Below are positions 12,026 through 25,432 of a stretch of DNA of 64,000 nt, in pieces. Within the stretch, counting starts at the first letter, position 1, and the number at the start of each line of letters is the position of its first letter. The DNA is taken from positions 30,628,001 through 30,692,000 of the forward strand of contig NC_043003.1 in the NCBI RefSeq assembly GCF_006345805.1, given 5' to 3'. The position numbers and the translations under genes are program-made. Source of the DNA: Octopus sinensis. Lineage: Eukaryota. The notes below the pieces were generated by a model, which worked only from the letters and a program-made list of their open reading frames with translations, was not told the DNA's origin and searched no databases.

Positions 12026-12258
12026 AGGCGGCAAGATGGCAGGAACGTTAGTGCACCAGGTGAAATGCTTAGCGGTATTTTGTCTACCGCTATGTCCTGA
12101 GTTCAAATTCCGCTGAGGTGGACTTTGCCTTTCATCCTTTCGGGGTTAATTAAATAAGTACCAGTTACGCACTGGGGTCGACATAATCGACTCAATCCGT
12201 TTGTCTGTCCTTGTTTGTCCTCTCTGTGTTTAGCCTCTTGTGGGTAGTAAAGAAATAG
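12026..12258 (+). mobile_element. tRNA-derived SINE, same family as 6269-6491, followed by partial local duplications to ~12560
   Basis: AGGCGGCAAGATGGCAGGAACGTTAG head, GAGTTCAAATTCCGC box and GTAGTAAAGAAATAG tail. Confidence 0.85.
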
Positions 12259-12689
12259 ATATTTCATCTGTCTTTATGTTTTGAGTTCAAATTTTGCCAA
12301 GGTCCACTTAGACATAAACTATCTAATTAATTTTTTTTAACTAAACACTTCAAAATTTTGTATTCTAGAAGCAGTATTTTGTCTGTCTTTATGTTCTGAG
12401 TTCAAATTCCGCCAAGGTCAAATTTGCCTTTAATCCATTTCGGATCTATTCAATTAGACGTACAGATTATTTAATTAATTTTTTTTAACTAAACACTTTC
12501 AATGTGTCACATGGAACAGAGTTTACTCTTAACGTTTTTGACAAAATTTTGTATTTTAGAAGTTATTTCATCAGAAGTTACAGAGTGACAATGGACAAAT
12601 TTGTGTTTGATAAGTGCCAATACATGAACCTCTCAGCTTTTGACTTACTCTCTAACTTCTGCCGATGTTATATATATATATATTACATA

Positions 12690-12910
12690 TATGTTTAAAA
12701 AAATTTCATCACGCAATCGAACCAATGAAAGAGCCTCTACTTGGTTGCTCAACATGCTAAAAATAGCAGCCAAAGTATCCCCCTACCTAAATCACACACC
12801 CATTGTATGTAACGTCCTAGATTATCCCTAGAAAGATAATTTGCGGAAGGCTGTAATGTCTTTGATGATACGTTTGCAGTACCAGGGTTGATTTGAGGCT
12901 AAATAACAAC
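12690..12910 (-). repeat. Unclassified interspersed repeat; other copies near 20300-20530, 35400-35590, 53300-53520 and 55490-55690
   Basis: Shared core GAGATTTGGCTGCTATTTCTAG and TTGTTGTTTAGCCxxAGGTCAxCCCTG seen by eye in all copies. Confidence 0.55.
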
Positions 12911-13429
12911 ATTATGGTCAATTTCTATATTAACACCACACTAAGATTTAAAAAATTGGATTTTTTGCATGGAATCAAGTACCTGACCTAATATGCTGCA
13001 AATCCCTTATTTTGGTTCAGAAAAAATAGAGGTGAGGGTTTCCTCACTAATCTTGGAATAATTGGAAATTTTTTTTTTTTTTTCGTTGAATGAATTCCTG
13101 TGACCTCCTAATATTGCAAAATTAGGTTACTGAATGTGAGCCTGGTAACTGATGGTTTTGGGGTCTTGTTGTTTGTAACTTTTAGTGCGACATGGTGCAA
13201 CCAACAACATAATAAAAATCCCTGCCATTAATTTGGTGTGGATGAATAATATCAAATAATTCAATCACAACATATATTTAAATTAAACATGAAAAAAACT
13301 GAAATATTTTCATCACTTACATGGAAAAATTGAAATATTATCTTTCAGTATTTTATAAGGTAAAATCTTAAATTATTAATTGACACATTCTTAATTATCT
13401 TATAACAGCAATGCCTAGAAAAATCATAG

Positions 13430-13937
13430 ATTACATGGAAAAATGCAAGCATGAAAAGCCATAAACCTAGAAAAGCACAGGACAAGTTACTACACCTGTA
13501 AAAGTATAGGACAAGCTATTACTTCTAGTAAAGTAAAGAACAAAGAAACTTTTTACTTAAAATATTGCAGTTAAAATTAAAATTTGAATATTAAAACTTA
13601 TTTTATTGTAGTTTACAAACAACACTATATTTACTTAAGTAAAATTTGGCTAATTTACTATCTTAAATACAGAAAAAAGTGACTAATTAGACAAACTTAC
13701 AAATTAGCTGAACAGTTTTGTACAATAAATTTAAAAGATGAGAACTGTAAAGAGTGATAAATTAGAAGAACTGGCATTCTTTGCTGCAATATTTTAAGTA
13801 AAAAGTTTCTTATTCTTTACTTTACTAGAAGTAATAGCCTGTCCTATACTTTTACAGGTGTAATAACTTGTCCTGTACTTTTCCAGGTTTTAAGTCTTAA
13901 GAATATGACTTTTCATGCTTGCATTTTTCCATGTAAT
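13430..13937. mobile_element. ~510-bp inverted-repeat element (MITE/foldback) with ~140-bp arms
   Basis: 13430-13570 is the reverse complement of 13784-13937, with a small insertion in the right arm. Confidence 0.85.
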
Positions 13938-13989
13938 ATATAATGAATATAATAGAAGTTGACAATTTTTTTTTATGTTATATTTATTT

Positions 13990-16856
13990 TGTAAACAAAT
14001 ACAATATTACATAAGCACTTTATAATCTTAATCTTTGCTAATGTGACAGGTGAACCTGCTTCTTCTTTGTCAGTTTATCCAGTCCTGATTCAATTGAGAA
14101 CAGTGCCATGTACAATGGAGAATGAATATCCATATTATGTCTGTACTTTGTCTTAATGAAATTCATGGTTGAGAAGCAAGTCTCACAGAGATATGTTGAA
14201 GGAAATGGGAGAAGAGTGTTCAGAGTAATTTCACTAAGCTCAGGATATTCTGCTTTCACTTAAATCTAAAAAGAATCAAGTGATGTGGTAGTTTCAAAAC
14301 TCCTCTTCAATCATTCGTCACCAGCCATATCAAACAACTTATCCTCCATAATTACACTTAAGTCATCATGCAGTAGAATAAACGGATTTCAGATCTATCC
14401 CTTCCTTTTCTGTGGATCTTCTGCTGGAAAGTAAAACTGAAACCAGTCTGCCAGATTCGTCAAGTGTTCTCTGATAACATTTCGTAGAGTTGTAATATTA
14501 AGGTCTTTGCCTGCATCAACGATGATTGTTGCTAATTGGTGAAACATGTCATAACAATCTCTTGATACTCGACTCTTCTATGCTTCTAGCTTTCATTCCT
14601 GTTCGTCAATCTTTTCTGCCATTGTAAAACATGAAGCCATCGTTCCCTGCATGGAGGTGTTGAGATCAATAAAGATGGCAAAAATATCAGCTAAATAAGC
14701 CAGCTTGGCTAACCAATTCACATCTCCGAACAATTGTAATCAATTTGGATTTTTGTCCTGAAGAAACTCAGCAAGCTCGTTTTGTAGCTCAAACTCTCTT
14801 GACAGGACTTTCCCCCTTGATAACCAACGTGCATGTTATAGGAGCTGTTTATGATTAGCTCTCATATTATCACATAATGCAGCGAATAGTCTCGAATTTA
14901 AAGCATTCGCCTTTATGTGGTTCACAATTTTTACAACCTCGCCGAGCACACTGCTTAGTTCTGTTGACATTTTTTTGTTGCAAGACTTTCTCGGTGAAGG
15001 AAGCAGTGTGTCGACTTGCATTTTGGGGCAAGCGCCTTAACCTGGGTAACCTCTCCTGAAAGCCGTCCTGTCATTGCGGCAGCACCATCGGAACATAAGC
15101 CTACACAAAACTTGAGATCCAACCCATATTTGTTAATGATGTAGTTGCTCACAGTCTTGAACACTTCAGAACTAGTTGCTTTTGTTGGTAGTGAAGCAAA
15201 GAAAAAAAACAAAAAAAAAAACTCTTCCTTCAAATCACCTTCATGTTCAAAGCGCACAAATACCATCAGAATTGCCTGATTAGCAAAGTCTGTACATTCA
15301 TCAGGTTGCAAAGAAAAGTACTTTGCTAATTTAATCTGTCCTATAAGTTGATCTTCCATATCATGAGCCAGATCGTGAATTCGTCGAGCTATAGAGTCAT
15401 TTGAAAGTGGATCAGACATCTTGTATACAGCCTATCACTAGCGTCTTACTGATTGGGTGTGGCTCTCTAGCCTTAGCAGTTCAAAGTGTTACTTTATAAG
15501 AAGCCTACAAAGCACAAGTATTTATGTGTGACACTTCAAAGATCTGTTTCTGATGGCCTTTTAAATCAACATGCTTTATTTCAAATAATTCTTTCAGCTT
15601 TGAACTCATTTCTTAATGTTTTGTATTTAAATGTCTCTTGAGATTTGATGACTTCATTGAGTCATTGGCCAACACATCTCTACAAATAACACACTGCGGT
15701 TTTTGCACTCCCCTGTCATTCATGGCTACAAAAGCGAATTGAATGTATGAGGAGTCATATTTCCAAGTGAAGCTAGTACAAATTCTTTTTGCCGGCAATA
15801 CTTCGGTTTCATTTACATCGCTGTCATCTGATCAAAATCGTGTTCAGCAACTGGATGTCTTGGCTTGATAAATATGTCCATAGGGCCTCGCTTCGCCATC
15901 TATAAATTAGATATAAAAATAATTAATATTGCTGCAAATATTCGAGTATTTCTATTATTTTAGTTTAGGTAATTAGTTTTTTCATAATTTTTTTAATGGA
16001 AGGAAATTGATACATAACAATTATAATTGAATTTTTTTCTTCATTTCATTGTGCATTAAAAAGAAAATTATTATTCTGGTATAATCTTTGGAATCTGGTG
16101 AACGCGTTATTCTTAAATTGTATTTAAAAATTAAAGTTGAAAATTTTTTTAATGTAATAAAGAAGTCATTTGCATATTGTTAAAGGGACACAATCACAGT
16201 ACACACACTAATACACCCAATACACTTGTACTGATTGATTTTTTTGTTTCAGCCACTTGAGAAAACGGAACAGGTAGGTAAAGAATTTAGTTGATTAAGA
16301 TTTTTTGTTCTCGTAATTTTTCTTAAAATACCCTTTATGGTTAATGTACTTTTTTTTTCAGATTTTCGTTTTCGGGTCAAGTTGTAAACATTAATCGATC
16401 AGGAGTTTATGACAGGGCCCCAAATGGCAAACGCGTAGATATCCATACGATGCTCTCTGTTCAACTTCTTGATGGTAACTGCGGGTGACCAGCCTAGTTA
16501 CAAGGTTGCCAGATATCACCACTCACCAGAGCTCCACTACCTCAATTCACCCCCTTTTGATCTCTTCACATCGCTAGAAACAACTTCCTTTCTACAAGCA
16601 CAAACACTAATATAAACTTAATACTACACCAGTAAGCTCTGATCAATAGAAAATATATTGTCATATCACAAATATACTACATTTTCTTACACAATCTCTA
16701 CCACGGTCGGTGAGTAGCACACTCCACCGGCCAGCTGGTTAGTTGTTTACTGCAGTGCATAAGGCGAAATTACTGAAATTATGCTATTGTTTCTTTCATT
16801 TCTTGGAACTCGCTGCGTACCGGCACTGGTCCACGGACCACCACTTCGAGTAGACA
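13990..16856 (-). mobile_element. Decayed hAT Buster/Charlie-type DNA transposon (ZBED5/SCAND3-like transposase pseudogene)
   Basis: BED-like KPQCVICRDVLANDSMKSSNLKRHLNTKH, then LQPDECTD, CSDGAAAMTG, RWLSRGKVL and LLPFPSTYLCETCFS. Charlie-like 5' end GTCTACTCGAAGTGGTGGTCCGTGGACCAGTGCCGG at ~16856. The 3' TIR was not found. Confidence 0.85.
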
Positions 16857-16893
16857 TAATGAGAGTTGTGCTTCCTTACTTATATAATTGACA

Positions 16894-17010
16894 TACGCAT
16901 GCGTAGTGGGTGTGCCATCCATTTCTGTCTCGAGTTCAAACTGTTTTTATTACTCATCACAATACAAACACATTAATAACAAAATCTTTTATAAAATCAT
17001 TTCCGTAAGT
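16894..17010 (+). promoter_or_regulatory. Candidate ZNF-B promoter and first exon
   Basis: 12-bp palindrome TACGCATGCGTA (NRF1-like core GCATGC) at 16894-16905 and a GTAAGT donor at 17005-17010. No transcript evidence. Confidence 0.35.
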
Positions 17011-18654
17011 ATAAAAATATCACTATTCAATTATGGAAGTACTATAGTCGTTAATATTGTATGCATTCGTGGGCACTACTGACTTTTTGCTGACCTAATT
17101 TTTCTTTATTTCATGATTGAAATATAAAAAGTTATTGTTTCGTTAATTACTCATAGTTTCAAAACCATTCAATTACAAAAACAAATTTTTAAAAAATTAA
17201 ATATGTAGAATCTTAAATCCTGATGTAGTGTAAATGTTTTTGAATACATCAGATACAGTATTTCTAAATAACTCTTTACACATAAATTCGCCTAAAATCG
17301 TTTGTGTCCATCCCTTTATAAACTTGTGCGAGGGACTTTATATATATGAGGTATAATATTGTCTGATCGACTGTTTTGAAATATCTATCACTATTTCAAA
17401 GGGAAGGAAAAGGGCTAGAATTTGGGGGTGGGGAGAGGAAGCAAAATGTAATAAAAAAATTGAATTTTTTTTGAAAAACAATTCCCTCAGAATCTGTAAT
17501 TCAGATTGTATGATGAAATGCAGGAAGTGGTGATGTGTTGAAATCCTACTTAGTTCCTTGCTCATCTAGCGGAGACATATAATATGCTGGGATTCTGTTT
17601 CTTAAAAATTGCTTCTAACTTTAAAATGTCTAGTGAATATAAATAGTTTTACTCACAAACCACTGAATTCAGTAGCATTATTGTGAATAATAAAAGAAAA
17701 AAAAGATTGGGACCCTAAAAATTTAGTTGTTAATACATTATAACACTGATATAACTTAACCACATTTTTGTTTCGTTATATTTTGTAAAAGTAAATTTTC
17801 AATATATTTTAAAATTTCCATCCCATTCAGAGTTGAATCTTCAGTCAAAATAGATTTACTCTAAGAAGTAAAGGATATGTCAAAGAAAACACTGATTTAT
17901 AACTTAACAGCTAAGATATAACACAAATCGGAGACTAATTTGTGCCTGTATATGATAAAATCACATAATTGTGAATTTGTATGTTTTACATCAGCAACTG
18001 ATACAGAGTTAACTTTATTCATTGCACCCCCTCCCAGCTCCTCCCTAAAATTTCATGTCATTTACCTCAAGTATTGCAGGTATTAATTACTTTTCAAAAC
18101 AAAGAATGCATTTAAAAAAAATCATTCTAATTTTATTTTAAAAGTCTATTTTATCTCAAGTTCTGAATATGCTTTCTACTTTGTTGGTTCATTGAGTTTC
18201 CAAAGAATTTCCACAGATATAGAAATGGGGTAAATAAGCATTCTATATTGCATGATTTAGTGCAAAAATATTTTTGGAATCAGGATGACCCTGAGATTGA
18301 AAATCTGCCCATCGTTTGATTCTTGAACATCTAGCATTGGGATTTAATTTAAAATCATTTGGGTTGCTATTTCTATCAGGTAAAGCTTGGCTGATTCATG
18401 CCATCTTGGTTGGCATTTGTCAGATGACATCAGAGATCACGGGAAGATAAATGACATTTGCTTTGTGAATTTTACATCAAGATAAGAACTTTGGGACAAA
18501 TTGGCCAACAGTTGGAATTCAACTTGGAACTGGAACAATAGAATGATTGCATTAGAGAATTCTCATCTGCCCTTAACCTCTGATGAAACAACACTGGGGT
18601 ATATAGTCATGCTTTTTAGCTCTGTTTAGTTTTGGGCCACAGGCCCAATTATCC

Positions 18655-19105
18655 CTCTTGCACTTGCAAAAAGCTTTTGAGGCAAGTGAAATCATTGTCC
18701 TGGCCGTTGACAGTACCGTCTGATTGGCACATTAAAAGCACCATTTTAGCATGATTGTTGCCAGTGTTGCCTGACTGGCTCCTGTGCCGGTGGCACGTAA
18801 AAAGCACCATTCGAGCATGATCATTGCCAGTGTTGCCTGACTGGCTCCTGTGCTGGTGGCATGTAAAAAACACCATTCGAGCATGGTCATTGCCAGTGCC
18901 ATTTGACAAGCTCTTGTGCTGGTGGTATGTAAAAATCACCCACTGCACTCTTGGAGTGGTTGTTGTTAGGAAGGGCATCCAGCTGTAGAAACTTTGCCAG
19001 ATCAGGTTGGAGCCTGTGCAGCCTTCTGGCTCACCAGCCCTCAGTCAAACTGTCCAACTCATGCCAGCATGGAAAGTGGACATTAAACAAAAACAACAAT
19101 GATGA
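18655..19105 (+). mobile_element. RTE LINE 3'-UTR fragment with ~65-bp tandem units
   Basis: Units TGTGCCGGTGGCACGTAAAAAGCACC at 18783 and 18848, then AGGAAGGGCATCCAGCTGTAGAAAC and CATGGAAAGTGGACATTAAAC. Confidence 0.85.
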
Positions 19106-19278
19106 GTAGGAGGAGGAACTAGCTTAAAAGTTTGCATGGAATGTGGCTTTTAAGCTAATCTTTAATATAAACAGAATACGTTTTAGAACTTGAATTTTCT
19201 TGCATAATTGCCGTACCAAACTATTTATTATATCAAGGTTCTTAATATTCCACAAAACATATTTTCTTCATGTCCTAA

Positions 19279-19791
19279 TCTATATATATAAAACTGTAGT
19301 TGTGTGAGTGTCTGTCCCCTTCGATTTAGATTCCTAACTACTCCCACATTTTGCGGTGCAGTTTAACCAAATTCGGGTATCTTATAGTCGTGATTCATAT
19401 CGAGCCCTTCTGAGTATTAGCGCGCGTCTACGATGAGTCTACTATTTTAAAAATAATTTAACATCATTTTTTATTCCATTTTAATGCATAATTTTTCGTG
19501 TGTCGATGGCGGCGGAGTTGGCGTCCATGGTCACACCTGCACCTGTTTGCTTCTCCCCCTTCTTCCCTCCCTCGTGAAGCTGTGGGGAAGGGAGTGTAAG
19601 GAAATCAACGTCGTAAAGTGTTGTCAAGGAGACCAGCGTTCTTTTAGAACAACGACTTCATGGCTTGAAGACACCAAAACAGAAATGGATAAGAAAGCCC
19701 GAATTGGCATCTATAAGGGAAGTAGCTCTCTAAAAATGCTTATATAGTTATTTCCCTTACAAACCCGAGCAACGCCGGGCGATACTGCTAG
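19279..19791 (+). mobile_element. 513-bp non-autonomous Helitron
   Basis: 5' end A^TCTATATATATAAAACTG. Hairpin CCCGAGCAACGCCGGG then CTAG^T at 19788-19791, a terminator nearly identical to that of the 2.3-kb copies. Confidence 0.9.
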
Positions 19792-20744
19792 TTCAATATA
19801 AATTAATTCTCTTTAAACATATTTCTTTCCATTTTACCAATTTTCAAAATTAAATTTCATAAGACTAACTTTTCTTGAGATATAGTAACACTTTTGTTAT
19901 TATATTTTGGTAGAAATACACTGTCTTTGTTTCATTTTGGTAAAAATAAGGAATTTAGGAAAATAACTGTCATTAATAAGCTGGTATTTGGAACATAAAT
20001 TAACTTGAAATTTTGATTAAAGGTGCAGATCATTTTAAAAGAGGGAATTTATATCGTAGACCAAATAGGTGAGGTTTCAGGGTTAACTGAATGCTATAAA
20101 AAAGTAACCTTAATCAGATTGTTCAGTCACAACTTTCTACCAATTCAACTGCCGTTGACTGAAGGTGATGTATACCAGGTAGTTTTTGCTAATGCTGTTG
20201 TTTTTATTCATTTGCATGTTCTTTGTTCATTATGATACTTTTTTTTTTGTTGTAAAATTTTTTATCTGCTGTAAAATATGTACCCACCTTTAAAACAACT
20301 GTCTTTGATCATAGGAATTTTCAGTCAGGGCTGGCCTGGGACTGAAAGACAGTAAGAATGAAAATCCACTGGAGTTTCTAGCTCATCACTTGACCAACTA
20401 GAAAATACCAACCAAGTTGCCCTCATTTCACACACCACTGTCTTGTACAAAAGACAGGATGGTCAAAGCTAGAGTGTTTTTGGTAAGAGGGCTACTCAGT
20501 CAGCATTGACCTAATGTTAAACAACAAACATGCAATAATGAATAATGATTAAGAATTTTATTACCCACGATATTGTAGTTTAACACATATATTGTTACAT
20601 TATATTTTGATCTGACTGGAGATGAGAATTATGTAGGCTTCACACGTAATTTTAGTAACAAATGGTTATTTACTTGTTTATATCTACAGTTTAAGCCTAT
20701 TTTTCTACTGTTAAATCTCTTTGTAACCATCCTCTATATCATAC

Positions 20745-20763
20745 TGTTTCTCTTTTATTTCAG
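20745..20763 (+). promoter_or_regulatory. Probable splice acceptor of the ZNF-B coding exon
   Basis: TTTCTCTTTTATTTCAG| ends at 20763, about 265 bp upstream of the ATG. Confidence 0.6.
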
Positions 20764-21027
20764 AATATAAAATGATACTGGCTTAAAATATTTACATCAA
20801 ACGCAGAATCAATATCATCTTTTAAAGACTAAACAAACCTGTCATATTCAACATATAAACCTATTTGTATTGAGACTTGATTTACAGTCTGGAATGTGCA
20901 CAAGATCATCATCATTTAAAGTCCATTTTCCTTGATGAATTTGCAATCTAATTATACTTGGATAAATTTACAAAGGAATTTTGTGAATCTTCAGATATCA
21001 ACAAAAAGGAGAAAAATATAGTGTTGC

Positions 21028-22413
21028 ATGAGGAGAAAAATTATGGAAAATGAATCATATGAAAACAAATCTAAATTTAATCCACTGTCTAACAGTATTG
21101 ATTTTCCTGATTTGATGTTGAAAAAGATAAGGAAACCATCATACCATTGCGATATCTGTAAAAAGTCATTCTCTAAAAAAGGTAATCTAACTACTCACAA
21201 GCGTATTCATACAGGGGAAAAACCATATAATTGTGATATCTGTGGTAAATCATTCTCTGAAGGCAGTAACTTAACAAAACACAAACGCATTCATACAGGA
21301 GAGAAACCATATCATTGTGATATCTGTGGTAAATCTTTCTTTCAAAGAGGCCATTTAAGTACTCACACACTCATTCATACAGGAGAGAAGCCATACCCCT
21401 GTGATATCTGTGGTAAGTCATTCTCTGGAAAAGGAGATTTAACTAAACACAAGCGCATCCATACAGGGGAAAAGCCATATCACTGTGATATCTGTGGCAA
21501 ATCCTTTACTGCAAGAAGTAACTTAAATACGCACAAACATATTCATACTGGAGAAAAACCATATCACTGTGATATCTGTGATATATCTTTCTCTCGTGGA
21601 AGTACTTTAACTGTACACAATAGACATATTCATACAAGAGAGCAGCCATATTGCTGTGATATCTGTGGTAAATCATTCTCTGAAACAAGTCACTTAACTA
21701 GACATATACGTATTCATACAGGAGAGAAACCATATGACTGTGATATTTGTGGTAAATCATTCTCTGCAAGGAGTAACTTAACTACTCACAGACATATTCA
21801 TACAGGAGAGAAACCATATCACTGTGATATCTGTGGTATATCTTTTTCTCAGACAAGTCATTTAAATACTCACAAACATACTCACACTGGAGAGAAACCA
21901 TATCAATGTGATATTTGTGATAAGTCATTCTCTCAGACAAGTCATTTAACTATTCACAAACGTATTCATACAGGAGAGAAGCCATACCAGTGTAATATCT
22001 GTGGTAAATCATTCTCTCAAAATAGTGATGTAACTAAACACAAACGCATTCATACAGGAGAAACTCTATATCATTGTGACATCTGTGGTATACCATTCTC
22101 TCACACTGCTGAGTTAACCAAACACAAACGCATTCACTGTGAAGAAAGACCATATTATAGTAATATCTGTGGTAAATTATTCTCTGTAAGTAGTAAGCTG
22201 ACTAAACACAGTCACAATCACACAGGAGAGAAGCCATATCACTGTGATATTTGTGGTAGATCATTCTCTCTAACAAGCCACTTAACTGCTCACAAGCGTA
22301 TCCATACAGGGGAAAAACCATTTCAGTGTGATATCTGTGGTCGGTCATTTTCTCAGACTGGTAACTTAACTAGACACAAGTATACACATACAACTGAAAA
22401 TACATATGACTGA
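21028..22413 (+). CDS. C2H2 zinc-finger protein ZNF-B: 461 aa, 14 canonical plus 1 degenerate finger, no effector domain
   Basis: Uninterrupted tandem C2H2 array with HTGEKPY linkers. Finger 13 has S in place of the first Cys. Leader MENESY...[13 protein letters not shown]. Confidence 0.93.
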   Translation: MRRKIMENESYENKSKFNPLSNSIDFPDLMLKKIRKPSYHCDICKKSFSKKGNLTTHKRIHTGEKPYNCDICGKSFSEGSNLTKHKRIHTGEKPYHCDICGKSFFQRGHLSTHTLIHTGEKPYPCDICGKSFSGKGDLTKHKRIHTGEKPYHCDICGKSFTARSNLNTHKHIHTGEKPYHCDICDISFSRGSTLTVHNRHIHTREQPYCCDICGKSFSETSHLTRHIRIHTGEKPYDCDICGKSFSARSNLTTHRHIHTGEKPYHCDICGISFSQTSHLNTHKHTHTGEKPYQCDICDKSFSQTSHLTIHKRIHTGEKPYQCNICGKSFSQNSDVTKHKRIHTGETLYHCDICGIPFSHTAELTKHKRIHCEERPYYSNICGKLFSVSSKLTKHSHNHTGEKPYHCDICGRSFSLTSHLTAHKRIHTGEKPFQCDICGRSFSQTGNLTRHKYTHTTENTYD

Positions 22414-23566
22414 TGTCTATAGTCAATCATTTCTTCTAAAATGCTGTGTATTCATTTCCAAGAGTAACTGGATGAATGTCAAAGTTTAAAAAAGGACATC
22501 TATAAAACTTTTACACAAAATTCTCAGAAAGACCTAACTGTGATAGCAACATCCCAGCACTATTTATAACCACAATATCTACATTATGACATAAGAAAAG
22601 ACATTACTGACTTTGTATTATAGATAATTGAGCATTCCCCAAAATCTGTGGTAATATTGTACAATTTATGTTACAAATAGAAACATAAACCATAAAGGAT
22701 AATATTTCATTGCATTGCAAGAAGTTATATATACGATACTTAATATATTCTGGATCTTGTATACAGCCATTTTTGTAGCTTATACATATATATATTTTGG
22801 TGCAAAATGTAATGGTCTCACATGAAGGGAATGATTTGTTTATCAGGAAGATTTATACAATTTTCTTTTCTTTACTTATAACCTGATTCCTTCATGATTT
22901 GATGATTAAACTGAATGTTCATTTGCAAGTGACAGTGTAACTTCTTTCAATTAATGTAAATGCTATGTGTCATAATTTGTGAATCATTATCATTTAATAT
23001 CCATGTTCCTTACTAGCATGGATTGGATGATTTGGCAGCTTATGATATGTTCAAGGACTGCACCATACTCTGGCATGGGTTTTATGTCCTTCCTAACACC
23101 AACTACTTTACAGCGTGAAATTGGGTGGTTCATGCTACCATCACTTGTGAGACTGCAGTTGTCAAAGTTTGTAATTTGCTTAGCACAGGTTTAGGAACAA
23201 GGATCAAATGGCCATAAACTGCGAATTTCTATTTTATTGTAGCGGAGGCATAACCAACAACAGAACATATGAGAAGGGATAACAGCATCAACTATATTCT
23301 TGTGTGTCCCTGTTTAATTTAATCAACCGTGTCTTCGTTTATTTTAATTGCAATATATAGAAAAAAAATGGACAAATTCACATAAAACTTGTGCATGCTA
23401 TGTGACTGGCTGTTTTTAATTATCTAAGCAAATGCTATACATTTGTTATATTTTGATTAGAAGTTCAATACATAACACTTGCCACCTCAATAAAAAAGTC
23501 AATTCGTTGGGTTGCAGCTGGTATGTAATGGTTCTGTGAGGAAATCCATTCTCTTTTATAATATTA

Positions 23567-23605
23567 CTAGCAGATATACCCGGTATTGCTTGGGATTGAA
23601 ATGGC
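23567..23605 (-). mobile_element. Orphan Helitron 3' end (older, CpG-decayed)
   Basis: Minus strand CCCAAGCAATACCGGG-TATATCTG-CTAG^T. No matching 5' TC end was found; a SINE follows at 23610. Confidence 0.7.
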
Positions 23606-23609
23606 ACAG

Positions 23610-23750
23610 TTTTTTATTCTTTTACTTGTTTCCACTCATAAGGCTTTGGTCAGTCCGAGGCTATAGTAGAAGACACTTGTCCTAGGTGCTACGCAGTGGG
23701 ACTGAATCCTGAACCATGTGGTTGGTAGGCAAACTACTTACCACACAACC
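23610..23750 (-). mobile_element. tRNA-derived SINE, second family; also at ~53930-54065 and 61025-61185
   Basis: Minus strand ...GTGTGGTAAG...ACCACATGGTTCAGGATTCAGTCCCACTGCGT...CTATAGCCTCGG...CAAAGCCTT. Confidence 0.75.
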
Positions 23751-24177
23751 ACATATATACATACTTATATACACATATATATACATACAGACTTAGTCTG
23801 CTGTGATCAATCTACAAACAAACATACATAACATCTAAGGGTATATTTTTTTTTCCCTCTGAAGAGATTATGCTCAGAAATATAAATTTAATGATCATTG
23901 TTTAACTGGCATCAGCAATGTTTGGATGGTGCTTTTTATGTTTATAATTGAAACACCTGTAAGGGATAATGATCAATTTATTGCTGATAATAAACACTTA
24001 TTAACTTCAAAATCTCCATTATCTTCTTTTTTCTTTGCATGAATATAAGCTACAGTTTATATACAAAACTATTATTTTAAGGAAATCAGTCCCCCCACCC
24101 CAAATATCAGGTATTGAACCAGTATTGCCTTGGATGACACCATCCCTTCATGAGGCTAACATAACCTCTAACTGGAT

Positions 24178-24213
<36 letters not shown>

Positions 24214-24225
24214 TACATGATATAT

Positions 24226-24769
24226 CATATATATATATATATATTATAATCTATTATATATATATTACATATAGTATATTATATACTATATATATAGAAT
24301 ATATTATATATACTAAATATATAGTATAATAGATACTATGCATGTATATAGTATATATTATATATATCATATATATAGTATATATTTTATATATTATACA
24401 TATATATTATATATGCTATACATATATTTAGTATGTGTTATGCTTCCGGTGCTAATGGTTTTTATACTGCACCGTGATTTACAATCCTCTAAATAATAAT
24501 AATGGTATTTTTATGGCAATCACCATGCAATTACTAAGGAAAATAGTCTAACAAAGGGGCATATAGTCAAGCAAATCGACCCCAGGACTTATTCTTTTTA
24601 AGCCAAGTACTTATTCTATTAGTCTCTCTTGCCAAACTGCTAAGTTATGGAGATGTAAACACACCAGCAACAGTTACCAAACAATGTTGTGGGCACAAAC
24701 ACAGACACACAAACATATACACATGCATACACACACACACATGACACAAATGTGTGTGTATATATGTAC

Positions 24770-24848
<79 letters not shown>

Positions 24849-25379
24849 TATTATATATATATTACATATAGTATATTATATACTATATATATAGAATATA
24901 TTATATATACTAAATATATAGTATAATAGATACTATGCATGTATATAGTATATATTATATATATCATATATATAGTATATATTTTATATATTATACATAT
25001 ATATTATATATGCTATACATATATTTAGTATGTGTTATGCTTCCGGTGCTAATGGTTTTTATACTGCACCGTGATTTACAATCCTCTAAATAATAATAAT
25101 GGTATTTTTATGGCAATCACCATGCAATTACTAAGGAAAATAGTCTAACAAAGGGGCATATAGTCAAGCAAATCGACCCCAGGACTTATTCTTTTTAAGC
25201 CAAGTACTTATTCTATTAGTCTCTCTTGCCAAACTGCTAAGTTATGGAGATGTAAACACACCAGCAACAGTTACCAAACAATGTTGTGGGCACAAACACA
25301 GACACACAAACATATACACATGCATACACACACACACATGACACAAATGTGTGTGTATATATGTACGTACATATATATA

Positions 25380-25419
<40 letters not shown>
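24226..25419. repeat. 597-bp direct tandem duplication bounded by (TA)n tracts
   Basis: TTATAATCT at 24244 and 24841; identical ORF starts at 24684/25281 and 24689/25286. No differences seen by eye outside the microsatellite. Confidence 0.92.

Positions 25420-25432
<13 letters not shown>

Noticed and set aside
17561-17572. CTCF-like motif (minus strand CCGCTAGATGAG)
   Set aside because: Partial match lacking the GGC core end; expected by chance.
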